Source of the DNA: Schizochytrium sp. TIO01
Taxonomy: Eukaryota; Protista; Bigyra: Labyrinthulomycetes
Direction of reading: 5' to 3'
Assembly: GCA_004764695.1 (NCBI GenBank)
Contig: SMSO01000034.1
Span: 744,001 to 808,000, forward strand
DNA: 64,000 nucleotides
Below, piece after piece: positions 22,856 through 34,594 of this stretch (within the stretch, counting starts at the first letter, position 1; every line of letters begins with the position of its first letter). The notes beneath the pieces were generated by a model, which saw nothing but the letters and a program-made list of their open reading frames with translations, was not told the DNA's origin and made no database searches. The position numbers and the translations under genes were made by a program.

Positions 22856-22923
22856 CACTCTCGCTACTAGTCAGAGGTGATCAGTTAAATTCAACTAGGG
22901 CAAAGACTCAAGCCAAAACAATC
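22856..22923 (-). repeat. Copy of dispersed ~70-bp intergenic repeat
   Basis: The reverse complement reads GATTGTTTTGGCTTGAGTCTTTGCCCTAGTTGAATTTAACTGATCACCTCTGACTAGTAGCGAGAGTG and aligns by eye with 63573-63641, 44403-44470, 44132-44201 and 10251-10312. Confidence 0.7.
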
Positions 22924-25900
22924 TCTAATTGCAACAACCAAAACATCTAAAGCAACCAAACCGTAACATAGAGCATCCCTCACTCGAACTAAATCTATGA
23001 ATTCTACTTACAAGGGGCAAAGCTCATAGAAGAGTGAATCGCGTCGCATTTGTTCCGCCTATTTAGGTAGTTACCTAGTTAGACATACGTAGTCAACTTC
23101 AAGGTTTAAGGTTCTTTAGGGTTCTTTGGCAATGCAAATACCCTCAACTTTTAAACAGTGAGAGTGGCGTAATGTTCAAAGAGCCTTTATCTTATCCCTT
23201 CACTCAGACCACTACTCTTAGGGAGTAGACTACTATACTTAACGCATCTTGGACTTGCGCAAATTAGATGAGCTTGGATCAAAGTTTTTTTTGTGAAGAG
23301 TTGTCTCCTGAAGTAGTAGATACTGTTGGAAACACAAGTTTGGATAACCTTTACTTTATTTACCAAAGCTGAGGTAAGTAAAAGGAAACACGATGCATCC
23401 TAGAGCTTGTGATTTGCCTAGTGGCTGTTATGCGTAAGTTTTGTTGCTGAGCAGAAAAAATTGAACGTATTTCCAAAATATGATAAAAAGCAAGATAGTT
23501 TAGGCCCTCAAAATGTTGGTTCTGACAGGTTAGGTTTAAGTCGGGGACACCAAAGTCCAAAAGCGATTATTAAAAAAACGAGTAAAGCAATAAAAGATCC
23601 TTGGATTGCAAATGTCACGCATTACTAAAGTTATCTATAAATATCGATCACGGTAACCAAATTAGATATGTCAGCAGGTCAATAATTAACAATAAAAACC
23701 TTTAATTTTGGCTTTTACCCGAGGTCTCATATATTGGCACAAGGCTGGAATGGAAAACATACAAGAAACGTTTGATATTACAACGGCGCTAAAAGGCGCC
23801 GTAAATACATATACCCTTACTTTAGGTTATGTATTCTGTCTTAAAGCTTACCGAGACGACTAGATACCTGCAATGATAATGTTGCACAATGGTATTTAAG
23901 GGCTGAGAATAACATTATTAAGGCTATATAAAATTATCATAGGATTTTTGGTGTTGAAAAAAGAAAGAGAAAACAACAAAACAAACAAAATAAACAATCC
24001 TAACGAAATAAAAGTTTGGATAGGAGACCTGACCTCTGACTAATGTGAGTGAACAAACAAAACAAATATAATCATGATCAGGAGGGAAGATAACATGAAA
24101 ATCACCTAAGATTATTTTGATAACTAAAGCATTCCAGTGCATCTGGTAAGGCTGATTGAAATCAAAATAGGAATTCATATTGGGAAGTCCGCATACATCC
24201 ATTTGCCCTGTTCATTTAAAATTCTTAGAACATCAAATTTTAGAAGAAACAATAAAGTAAACCATAGATGTGTAGTTTCAATCGGAATCATTATCAGCTA
24301 CTGAGGGTTCTTTCCTTCCAGCTATCAAGAGGAGAAGAGACAAAGTAAAACGAGAAAATCCTATTCTCAGAAAGACCCTTTTCCTAGTTCCAGGAAAACT
24401 TGGATCTGATCTCGCCAGGACAAGCTTAACTATTAACCTTTGTTTGCCGTAGTGGTCATTGGTGACAATGAAGCTTTGCAACTTCAAGTCCCATTGAGAC
24501 CGCTCACTAACTTCTTACTTGCTCGCACAGGATATCAATTATTTTGGTGTGAAGTATACTGCTAACAATTTCTCATCTGCCATGACATTATCAACTGACT
24601 AAACAATGGCAACTTTGCGAAATGACTTACAGACTGTTTAAATGTGGATCACTCACAAGAAAAATTGAAAGGAAGAAGCAGAGGCATGAAAACGAGCTAA
24701 GCTACGCTATAAATGAAGCAGACGTAACCCTGACCAATGCGAATGGCTATTAAGGACATGTGCTAACGATCAATTTTATACCGGAAATAAAAGTAGTTTG
24801 CATGGAAAAAGGTATGATGGTCTTTGTCTTCGAATTCATTTTAACACAGTTTCTGGAATCCACTCTCTCTTTTCACAATTGAACCAGTCACCTTGCCAAT
24901 GCTCTCACTTACAAAGCTTACGCCTAGTTATGCAACAACTCAAGTCAAAGCGAAGCAGATTACCAGCTTGACAAATGAATTTGGTTGCTCATTTCAAAAG
25001 TTGCACAGTTTAAAGATTTCATGCATGTTGAAGATGTAACCGCATAAATAAGAAGATGATACGAGCATTTCACCCACAAAATGTGTACTCCCTGCTAAAC
25101 ACTGTAATATGCTTGTCTTCCGCATTTCATATTTCTAAGAAAGAGGGTGAAGAGAGAGGCATTGAAAGAAATGTTAAAGAGGTATTTGAAATGGACGATT
25201 GGAAGCATAGAATTAATTCCACGGCGAGCCAAAGGACTGTGTACGAGTAGAAAGCCCGTGATTATATTATTCTAAAAATATGGTAATACTTTATTGCTGT
25301 TAAAGAGTTCGAAGTGCTAGCAATAGCTTGAGATCTATGAATAGCATACCTACCTTGCTGCACGAATGTCATTGAATTTTGTTTAAAAAAAGGAAAAATT
25401 CTTGTTGCAGTGGTTAAAATTCGCAATAAACCCAGTTATACCATTACATGAATTTTTATTTTATTTTATTTTTAATGGCATGAAAGAAATCAGAAAAAAT
25501 TAAACACTTGAGAACGAGGAATGCTTATATTGGCGATGTTTGGAAAGTTCAGCAGCACAAGGCCTGAGAGCGAACACGCTAAATTATTACCATGATGGTG
25601 TAGTAAGAATAGAGTCGATAGCATGATGGTAGCACACTTTCATTTTTTGTGTTGAAATAACTGCTCGCCAAACTTAGAAGGGTTTCATGTTTCCTTATCT
25701 TTATGCGTTTCACCACAAAGAACGCCATTGAACCTAGCCCCTGGCTACATGAAAGTTATGAATCATGTGGCTCATTTCTTGATGGTTCCCTGCGTTTCCA
25801 TCCATGCCGCGCAGAGTTGAGGATTCCCGAGCTGGCGTTTCCGATTCCCACGGGCGAGACTATCCTGCACTTAACATAATTGATATATTATTATATATAT

Positions 25901-26472
25901 ATTATTTTCATTTTAAATAAAATAAAATATGTATCTAACTAGTATTATAGCATTAAAAAATAGACAAAAAAAACACCATGAAGAGCGAAACGTACACTAT
26001 ACCGCCTCTTCATGGTAGGCATGCCAATTTGAACAATGGCACGAATACTGTAACTAAAGGTACCTTTCTTATATAAAGAAATTGTTTTAACAAATATCCC
26101 ACGAGTTGAAAATAAATAAATACATATTCATTTTAAATAACAATTAATTACAAACATTGAATGCATTCCTGCTTTGGCTGCAACTATCAAGAAAGAAGTA
26201 GAAAAGCTTCCCTATATTGAAGAGAGGAGAACCCATCCTTCACAGAACTTTCTCAAAAAACCGAAAAAAGTTTCGAACTGGGTTGAGGTCAAGACATACT
26301 ATAGTTAAATAGTGCATACTAGAGCTTAATTTTAAAGAAAAGTGACACCACGGTAGCAATTCGTCGCTTCTTAGACAAATATAAACCTTCCCTGTTTCTG
26401 AAGGAAGCTTGCTTACCGATATGATAAGAGATGATTCCATACTACTATCAAAGTTGATACTCATGCCGATGC

Positions 26473-26530
26473 CACTCTCACCAGTCAGAGGTATTCATAT
26501 CAACTCTTTTACTTGCAGGTGAAAACTCCA
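26473..26530 (-). repeat. Partial (3' half) copy of dispersed repeat
   Basis: The reverse complement ends GAATACCTCTGACTGGTGAGAGTG. Confidence 0.5.
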
Positions 26531-29154
26531 GGAAACGTACGGGAATCTATGAGCAGACTATTCCTCGTACCATGAGAGGGTCTTTGACTGCTGCAGTGCG
26601 GGAAGATGTAACATATAAAGATGCAGGTGAGTGAAAGATCAAATTTATAAGGTCAGAAGAATACAAAATCATGAATATCTACACCAAGTGTTTACAAAAG
26701 ACAACAAGTTTGGGTTTATCATCGAAGTGCATAGGCAGCAAAATATCAGGCTGTCACTGGTGAGCTTTGAGCATCATCTGATTGAAGATGTATCGACGTT
26801 TTGACGGACAACCTGAATTAATTTACTGCGAATAGTTGCTCATCGAAGACTTTCCTTAGTTCCTGAAATCTAGAATTGAAAATATCTATGTTTGTTTAAT
26901 CTTGGAACCATACAAAGGCTCCGCCTGTGAGCATGGCTTACGAAGGAAGAGATTTTAACAATGCATTTATCAGATTCGATCGATTGTCTTGCAATGCATC
27001 TTCAGAATAAGTTACTTTCCATTGTTCATCCGAAGATCTCTAGCTAGATTAGATACTGAGTTCTAACTTTTTTCTTTTTCTTTTAGATTACTTCTGAGTG
27101 GCAGACGAATCAGAATTACTAGATCCTTTTTATTTCTTTCATGTTCAATCAAAAGCTTTAAAAGGAAAAAAGGAAAAAAGCAATTTAGTCAAGAGGTAGT
27201 TACATGAACCTTCTCGAAGCTCCCTCCTATTTGTAGGATAGTATACAGTAGTTAACAACGCTCAACCTAGAAAGCTTAAACTTAGTTTTAAAAGTCTTGC
27301 ACCTGCATAAGCAATTCGCAACAAAAAACTTGTGCAACAAATCAGGCCCACATGTGCGGTTACTGGAATTCAAAATAATCGTTCAACCCAGTTCAATGCT
27401 TATTACCTCCACCTACACTTCATTGCTTGGTGGCTTGAGGAGAGTGTCATGACCATCATCACCGAGAGCGCCTCCGAGGCCAACTAAATCTCAGGCAACC
27501 TACCTACCATTCATAATTAAGACAAAAGGTTAGGTAGTGCCTACCTACTTACACAGGGTGAGCTACGAGAGAAACTTTGGCAGTTTAAAAAGGTGCTACT
27601 GGGGAGGTAACTACTGCTTCCTGCCGTCTGTTTTTGAACTCTTTCCTATTCGTTGTTTTCTAGCTGGTTATATTGGTCTCGAAACCATGGTGGTGGTATA
27701 GATAATATGGATATACCTACCATGGTAAATAGGTTAATTAAAATTCTAATTTCGAAAACCGATCAAACCGAAGCTCCTTTCACAGTGCTGAGTTAATAGT
27801 AGATATAAGGTATAATCCTTCTTTTTAAAATTTAATATTAGTTTATTTTTTACTCCTTAAAAAAGTGCATGTTTTCAAAGGTCATTATCATTACCTAATA
27901 ATTTTCAACTAGTACTGCTAAGTCAAAGCTAATTTATTAGTTTTAAAAAAAATCGAGTAGGATTGCTTAGGGAGGGACTTACTCTGTTTTGGCGACATCC
28001 GCTGCCTGAATATTGGCCCTACGAGTTCGGTAGTGGCTACCTAAATGTTCCTGGCAGTTTAATTAAAAATAACAGGCTAGAAGACCAGTAGCTCATAGCA
28101 CTAACAAAGTACCAGTGGACATGGCGAACCGCCGTTGCAGTTGAAGTTTCTAGTATTAGTGACTGCGGAGCAAGGGACAATAGCCGTTCGTGTATTGCCA
28201 TTGGAAGCGTTTTCTCCCAGGCTTCAAAGCAGCGAACGTATAGAAAAACATCAGTTGATACACGGCAGTGGTGAAGGAGTTTTCCTCTGGATTGCAGTTT
28301 GCAAGCGACAAATGAAGCAATAAAAGCTGCAAAAGAAAGAAAGGAAAATGAATCATTGGGCTATCGGAAATCTTTCATTTTAGATTAGAATGTCTACTAC
28401 TATTTTGCATAGCAAATAACACTATGAACAGTTTGCTACTTACGATTGATGGTCTTTTTATTTATTTTACATATGCGTGTAGCTTTGTCATGTGCAGAAA
28501 AAAAATAAATTAACAAATTATAGGTATAGATAGGCCTTACGTATTATAGAAATCTAGCAGTAAAAGTCGTCCTTCCCTTCGCGAGTGTCATGGACTCAAA
28601 ATCACTATGTACTACATTCTGCAAAGCCTTGCTGTCATTTTAACATATCCTTGGTACTTTGTCCTGGGAACTGTTGCATATTTGAGTCTGTGTATATTTA
28701 CTTTTCTTTTCTCGCAAGCTGCAAGATGAAGAGGCGTGGTTTTCACCTTGAACATTCATTCGTATATAATTGGCTGTTGTTGTTTGTTCAAAGTTTTTAG
28801 CAGACAACGTTAAAAAAAATAGTACGAAAGGAAATATGGGAATCCGAAAGAGGAAAAAGGAAACATGTTGCTAATATACTTTATTCAATTACTATAGGGA
28901 AAAATTGAGCTGAAATAAGAAAGTTAAAAGCAAAGTTGAGAAACACTTATTTCGTAGAATACTGCGTAAGTACGACATAGAAAGTGAATCATAAGCGCAG
29001 AGAAGCAACAAAAGAACTCTCGGGTAAAGTAAAGTCAGCCCATCATCGTTACAATGAAAGCTTAAGTGACGGTGATCGTGTATTTTGATTAATTGACTAG
29101 AGATAACTTAATAAACCATATCTAATGCTATGCTTGATTAATACAACTAAAATA

Positions 29155-29212
29155 AGAAAGAAAGAAAGTAAGAAAGAAAGAAAGAATGAATGAATGAATG
29201 AATGAATGAATG
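29155..29212 (+). repeat. Compound microsatellite (AAAG)n-(GAAT)7 upstream of DDX3
   Basis: Directly visible tandem units. Confidence 0.9.
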
Positions 29213-29294
29213 ATCAATTGTTTTTATGATTGAGTGATTGATAGGATAGAAGACGTCACCAAAGACATAAAGACAAAACAGTCAGACGACTACT

Positions 29295-29455
29295 TTTTCT
29301 TCTTCTCCTCCCTCTTCTTTTCTTCTTCTTCTTCTCCTCCTTCTTCTACCGCTTCTTCTTCTTCCACTCCTTCTCCTTCCCTTTCTTCTTCTACGTCTTC
29401 TTCGACGCAGATCAAACCAGACACGACAAGACAAGACAAGGCAAGACAAGACACG
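29295..29455 (+). promoter_or_regulatory. Pyrimidine-rich (TTC/CTC) leader plus GACAA repeats, probable 5' UTR of DDX3
   Basis: A ~110-nt almost pure C/T tract followed by (GACAA)-like repeats just before AAAC ATG at 29470. Confidence 0.5.
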
Positions 29456-29469
29456 ACTGCGAACTAAAC

Positions 29470-31341
29470 ATGTCCGGAGGCAAGTACGTTCCGCCTCACC
29501 TTCGTGGAGGCAGTGGCGGCAGTGGCGGCAATGACCTTCCTCCCGGCAATGCTCCTCGTGGAGGCTCTCGTGGCCCTCCTCCCTCTTCTCGTGGCGGCTA
29601 CGGTGCTGGCGGCGGTGGTGGCTACGGTGCCGGTGCTGGCGGTGGCTACGGTGCTGGTGGCGGCTACAACCGTGGTGGCCCTGGTGGCGGCTATGGAGGC
29701 CCTCCCCGTTCGGGCGGCGGCGCTTTCGGCGGCTATGGCAGCCGCCAGAGTGGCGGCGGTCCTGGCGGTCCTAGCGGCGGCTTTGGCGGCGGTCGCTCGT
29801 ACGGACCTCGCAAGAATGAAATTGGATTCCACGGCAGCATGCAGGAGGACCCTCGTGTGGAGCATGAAATCTTCGGAGAGCGCAAGTCCACCGGCATCAA
29901 CTTTGACAAGTACGACGACATTCCTGTGGAAACCAGTGGTATGGATATCCCTGAGGGTATCGAGAGCTTTGACGATGCTGATGTTCATGAACGTCTGAAG
30001 AAGAACGTCGAGCGCGCTGGATTCGTCAAGCCCACCCCCGTGCAGCGTTTTTCTTTGCCCATCGGAACTGCTGGTCGTGACATGATGGCCTGTGCTCAGA
30101 CCGGTTCGGGTAAGACCGGTGGATTCCTCTTCCCTGTCATCACCCTAATGCTTACCAAGGGGCCTGTTCCTCTTGAAGACTTCGGCCAGTCTTCGCGCAA
30201 GTCATTCCCCAACGCTCTTGTCCTCGCTCCCACTCGTGAGCTTGCCTCTCAGATCTACGATGAGGCTCTCAAGTTTTGCTACTGCACCGGTATTGCTGTT
30301 GTCTGTGTCTATGGTGGTGCTGATGTGCGTCAGCAGCTTCGCGAGCTTGAGCGTGGCTGTGATCTGCTCGTGGCCACACCTGGCCGTCTTCTTGATCTTA
30401 TGGAGCGTGGTCGCATTGGTCTCGCTTGCATCCGCTTCCTCATTCTTGACGAAGCTGACCGCATGCTCGACATGGGTTTCGAGCCTCAGATTCGCCGCAT
30501 CGTGGAGATGGAAGACATGCCCCGCGATCGCCAGACCTTCATGTTCAGTGCCACCTTCCCTCGTGAGATCCAGCGTCTTGCCTCGGACTTCCTCGACAAC
30601 TACGTCTTCCTCACTGTCGGTCGTGTTGGCAGTGCCGCTTCTGACATTACTCAGAGCGTAGAGTACGTTGACCAGGCCGACAAGACCCCCTTCCTTATCC
30701 GCTTTCTCAACACGGTCGAGTCCGGCCTTGTGCTCGTTTTCGTGGAGACAAAGCGCTCTGCCGATGCACTCGAGTACACTCTGGGCCGTGAGGGCTTCCC
30801 AACCACCTCCATTCACGGTGACCGCTCCCAGGCCGAGCGTGAGCAGGCTCTGCAGTCTTTCCGTACTGGCCGCACACCTATTATGGTAGCCACCGACGTC
30901 GCTGCTCGTGGTCTTGATATCAACAATGTTATGTATGTCATCAACTACGATATGCCTGGCAACATTGACGACTATGTCCACCGTATCGGTCGTACAGGTC
31001 GTGCCGGAAACAAGGGTACCGCCATCAGTATGATGAACGAGCGCAACTCTAACCTTGCTCGTGAGCTCTACGATCTTCTCTCAGAGAACGGCCAAGGTGT
31101 TCCCGAGTTCCTCTCCCAGCTCGGCGCCTACCGTGGTGGTGGTGGCCGTCGTGGAGGTGGTGGCCGCGGTGGTGGCAACCGCTTCGGTGGCCGCGATTAC
31201 CGTATGGATAAGGGTGGAGATGGCTTCGCTTCTCGTACCCACGGTAGCAGCGGTGGTGGCCGCCAGGGTGGCTTTGGCGGTGGCGGCGGCTACGGCGCCC
31301 CTCGTGCCATGGGCAGTGGTGGCGACAGCAGCGCTTGGTAA
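29470..31341 (+). CDS. DDX3: DEAD-box RNA helicase DDX3/Ded1
   Basis: N-terminal YVPPHLR and [14 protein letters not shown]-motif [46 protein letters not shown] and [15 protein letters not shown]-rich termini and strong C-ending codon bias. Confidence 0.98.
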   Translation: MSGGKYVPPHLRGGSGGSGGNDLPPGNAPRGGSRGPPPSSRGGYGAGGGGGYGAGAGGGYGAGGGYNRGGPGGGYGGPPRSGGGAFGGYGSRQSGGGPGGPSGGFGGGRSYGPRKNEIGFHGSMQEDPRVEHEIFGERKSTGINFDKYDDIPVETSGMDIPEGIESFDDADVHERLKKNVERAGFVKPTPVQRFSLPIGTAGRDMMACAQTGSGKTGGFLFPVITLMLTKGPVPLEDFGQSSRKSFPNALVLAPTRELASQIYDEALKFCYCTGIAVVCVYGGADVRQQLRELERGCDLLVATPGRLLDLMERGRIGLACIRFLILDEADRMLDMGFEPQIRRIVEMEDMPRDRQTFMFSATFPREIQRLASDFLDNYVFLTVGRVGSAASDITQSVEYVDQADKTPFLIRFLNTVESGLVLVFVETKRSADALEYTLGREGFPTTSIHGDRSQAEREQALQSFRTGRTPIMVATDVAARGLDINNVMYVINYDMPGNIDDYVHRIGRTGRAGNKGTAISMMNERNSNLARELYDLLSENGQGVPEFLSQLGAYRGGGGRRGGGGRGGGNRFGGRDYRMDKGGDGFASRTHGSSGGGRQGGFGGGGGYGAPRAMGSGGDSSAW

Positions 31342-33146
31342 ATTTTTGGCTGGACATGCAATTTGAAATCATTGCACAAGACGACTTTCTATTTTCTTGA
31401 AAGCTGTACTCTTTCTTGATCAGAATTCACGTGATCTGTTTGAAGGCGTCCACCCATCCATCCAATTTATTATCTTTCGATCCGCTGGAGAAGTCGTGTG
31501 AGGCCTTCTTCTAACGTCTTTCCCAATCAGGAAAGTAGTTTATCCTCACCCTGTCTCATTCTACCTTTTTTCTTCGTATTGGGTTTCGCCACGACTAGTA
31601 TGGTCAACCCAAAGCACACTATCAACTACTGCAACTTTAGTTAGAGGCTACTACATCAGACCTTCTCTCGCTGGCACAGCATCCACAACTTTTCACTCTT
31701 GAAATACGCCACCTTACTCAACAAAACGAGGCCCATATCCCGGGCGGTTTATTGGCAGCATGCTGCTATCCTTGTATACCTTTTAGGATTTGCGAGGGAG
31801 CACTGCTTGTTATGACTGAATCAGGGAACCTGGGGTTCAAATTCTGAGAGGGTTTTAATGGAAAGAAAAGGGGGCTTTTCTTCCTTGCGAAAGAATGCGT
31901 ACACTAACGTAGACTCGCGCATCTCCCTCCCTGCTCCCTATCCCTATGTTTTCGATACATATTACACTGCAACAAAAGACTACATACACTTCATTCTGCA
32001 ACATATTCTGTGCATGATGCTCTCTCTTTGTTCTTTTCCTTTTTGTCTCTCCCCTCTCCCTATTTTATCATCTTCACGATTCAGTTCTAGCATCATGTCA
32101 GAATGTATAGTCATCCTGACATGCAAATGCGAGTGCTGAATACCGACATTCTCCCTCCAAGTATCTCTGATTCGTTCATTTTCACATTAGGACTTTTACA
32201 CATTCTCGCACATTCTTAATGTTTATTTTTGTGCAAAACAACATATATATGTGGTTTCCTCTTCTTTTTGACACATATGCACACTTTTGGTGGCTGCCTC
32301 CTTGTCCAAGGAAGAAGCCATTGGATTTACATTCCATAGTTTGCTTTACCTGTGTTTCAAATTTTTATGAGCACGCATACAATTCATACCAAATTATCAT
32401 TGACGGAAGACGAAGTAGAAGAAGCAAAGATGATCATGATGCAAATGACAACTTTAGGCGTCTGGCGAGGGCGCCTTCCGTCCCGTTCCTTTTCGTGCTT
32501 CTCCCTATCTTACCCTCTCACTCTTCCCTTTCAGAACACCGATATCTTTCATTTTGACGCGACGTGAAACATACTATTCTTATTTTGCGCCGCGCCCTCT
32601 TCGGCCAAGACTGCTCAGTAATCATTCATCAAACAAATTTGATCTCACCTCATCCTGATTCATTTTCATCTCCTTGAGTTCTGAAGGCAAGTATTGCACA
32701 GAACGTTTAGATCAACTCCTTTCTCGTCAAACTTGAAATTTATAGATAAGAAATAAACAACTAAAACCAGATAGAAGCCCCAGATCTCGGCAAGAGAGCT
32801 TACCACTTGCACTGATTATACAACCTTATTGAAGGAAAGTGAGAAAACAGAAGAAGCGAGCTAGCTCCTCAGCTGCTACAAAAAAAATCTTTGGTTATAT
32901 CTTCCTAGATATATACAATTTATAAATTTCGTTACACAGCTGCCTTCTTACGGGCCGTGCTAACTAAAAAAGAGAGGCTGTAGTGCTTAGGAGTAGTCAT
33001 CTTCGCTCATAGCCACAGCTGGACTTTAACTTCATTTGTAGTGTCCAGGAACAAAATTATAGGTATAAATGGGTGTTGTAACTTTAAAGCGTATTGCAAG
33101 CGCCCTCCCTTTTTGAACCTTACTTCATAGTTTACAGGCAGTTGTT

Positions 33147-33698
33147 TTATTTTTTGCTGAGTATATTTTGGCGTAGAAGACTGAATTCCTTTTCAACTGC
33201 TGGGCTATCCGTTCCAACAACAAAACTATGAAGTTCATTTGCATTTCCTCCGACTTTCCAGAACAGGGTCAAAGGTTTTGGGCTTGCAGTGTGATCAATA
33301 ACTTGCTTTAGGTGTGCCACAGTAGCTGGTTTGAGCATTGAGTCCAAACCACTGAAAAATTTACGCTTATTTTTACTGAAGTTCTCGATCGAGCTTAAAG
33401 GGTCATTAAGAGAGTCCATCATCCCGCGTTTACTTTCGTGGCCAGAAATTGCTCCAGGAGATGACGGAGATAGCCAGTCCCGGAGAACTTCGAGCCCCAC
33501 AGAGACCACCTTCATGCGACAGCTCTCCTCGTCACTGAGCTCATTTAGAAGGCTTTGTAGCCGCGGTTGAAGCACAGTACAAGGGCCACACCACGAAGCA
33601 TGTACATCCATCACAAGCCCTTTTGTCTCCTCAGCCTCAAGGAGCTCACAAAAGTCATCTACACAGGTCAGAGCCGTCACATCCATTGAGCGTGCCAT
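33147..33698 (-). CDS. Thioredoxin-domain protein, NME8/TXNDC3 or outer-arm dynein light-chain type, with internal insertion
   Basis: GLVMDVHASWCGPC active site and C-terminal PKPLTLFWK...VVGTDSPAVEK. First ATG at 33698. Confidence 0.75.
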   Translation of the reverse strand: MARSMDVTALTCVDDFCELLEAEETKGLVMDVHASWCGPCTVLQPRLQSLLNELSDEESCRMKVVSVGLEVLRDWLSPSSPGAISGHESKRGMMDSLNDPLSSIENFSKNKRKFFSGLDSMLKPATVAHLKQVIDHTASPKPLTLFWKVGGNANELHSFVVGTDSPAVEKEFSLLRQNILSKK

Positions 33699-34594
33699 TC
33701 TAGTAACAATCAGTCCACTGAACCGCGCGTTCAAGAGTAGATTTACTCTGCTTTTTTTTGCCTAGCTCTGGAGGTTCTCCTGTCTCTTGTATGTTGCAGG
33801 AGGATTGCCGTTACGTTGTATAATTTTATATATAGATTAGGCCTATATGGGATATACTCCTGAGTATCAGCTTCAGAACTCCTGTAGTATGTTTTACCGT
33901 CAAAGCTACCTTATACTTACCTAACTTCCTAGTACTTCTCTACCCCTGATAGGATAAACCTTTGATAACCTTTCTGAAATAGACTTTTGGGAACACTCAT
34001 GGCAATGTCGTCCCCCCGGATATAAATGAGAAAGAACCCTACGATTAGATTTGTTGTGAAGTTAAAATAAAAGTACGAGTCTGATGTATATTTTGTTTAC
34101 CGTTTAATAGTTGGCTTCTCTATAAGACCTTTGAGGGAAACTTGGGACGGAACAAGCAGAGACCTTTAAGCTATTATTTCCTAAGTTACTGACCTCTATT
34201 CATGATACTTATATCAATTCCATGGCCTTCGATCAAGATGAACATTGTCATTCGTGCGGTTTGTAGCCAAACATTCGAGTCAACAATCATTGTCAAAAGA
34301 AGATATATTGGCAGAGGGGGCTCGGTCTTGAAAGAGCGAATGCAGTCATCTAAAAGAGACATGGGTTATATCTTTAAACCAAGCGTTTATACTCTCAGCG
34401 AGAATTCATAGAACCTCTCCGGTCATGTACAGATGGAAAGAAACTAAATCAATCTTGATACAAATTATTTTGAACTTACCCAGGTTACAATTTGCAGCAC
34501 GCGATGAAAAGTAAATATAAAAATATGGTGAGGGAGGGGAGGAATATAATATAATAATAATAATTATTATTATTACTATTAAAAATAGCTTGAA

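Noticed and set aside
21300-29100. 8-kb gene-free interval as a possible transposon or endogenous virus
   Set aside because: No long ORF and no RT, integrase, transposase or capsid motifs were seen in the ORF track or in the frames read by eye.
29464-31372. Long antisense and alternate-frame ORFs over DDX3 (174, 164, 162 and 259 aa)
   Set aside because: By-products of strong codon bias and Gly-rich repeats, with no recognisable motifs.
31795-31855. GGTTCAAATT T-loop-like motif suggesting a tRNA
   Set aside because: No cloverleaf stems could be built. The same applies to GTTCGAG at ~21230 and ~50653.
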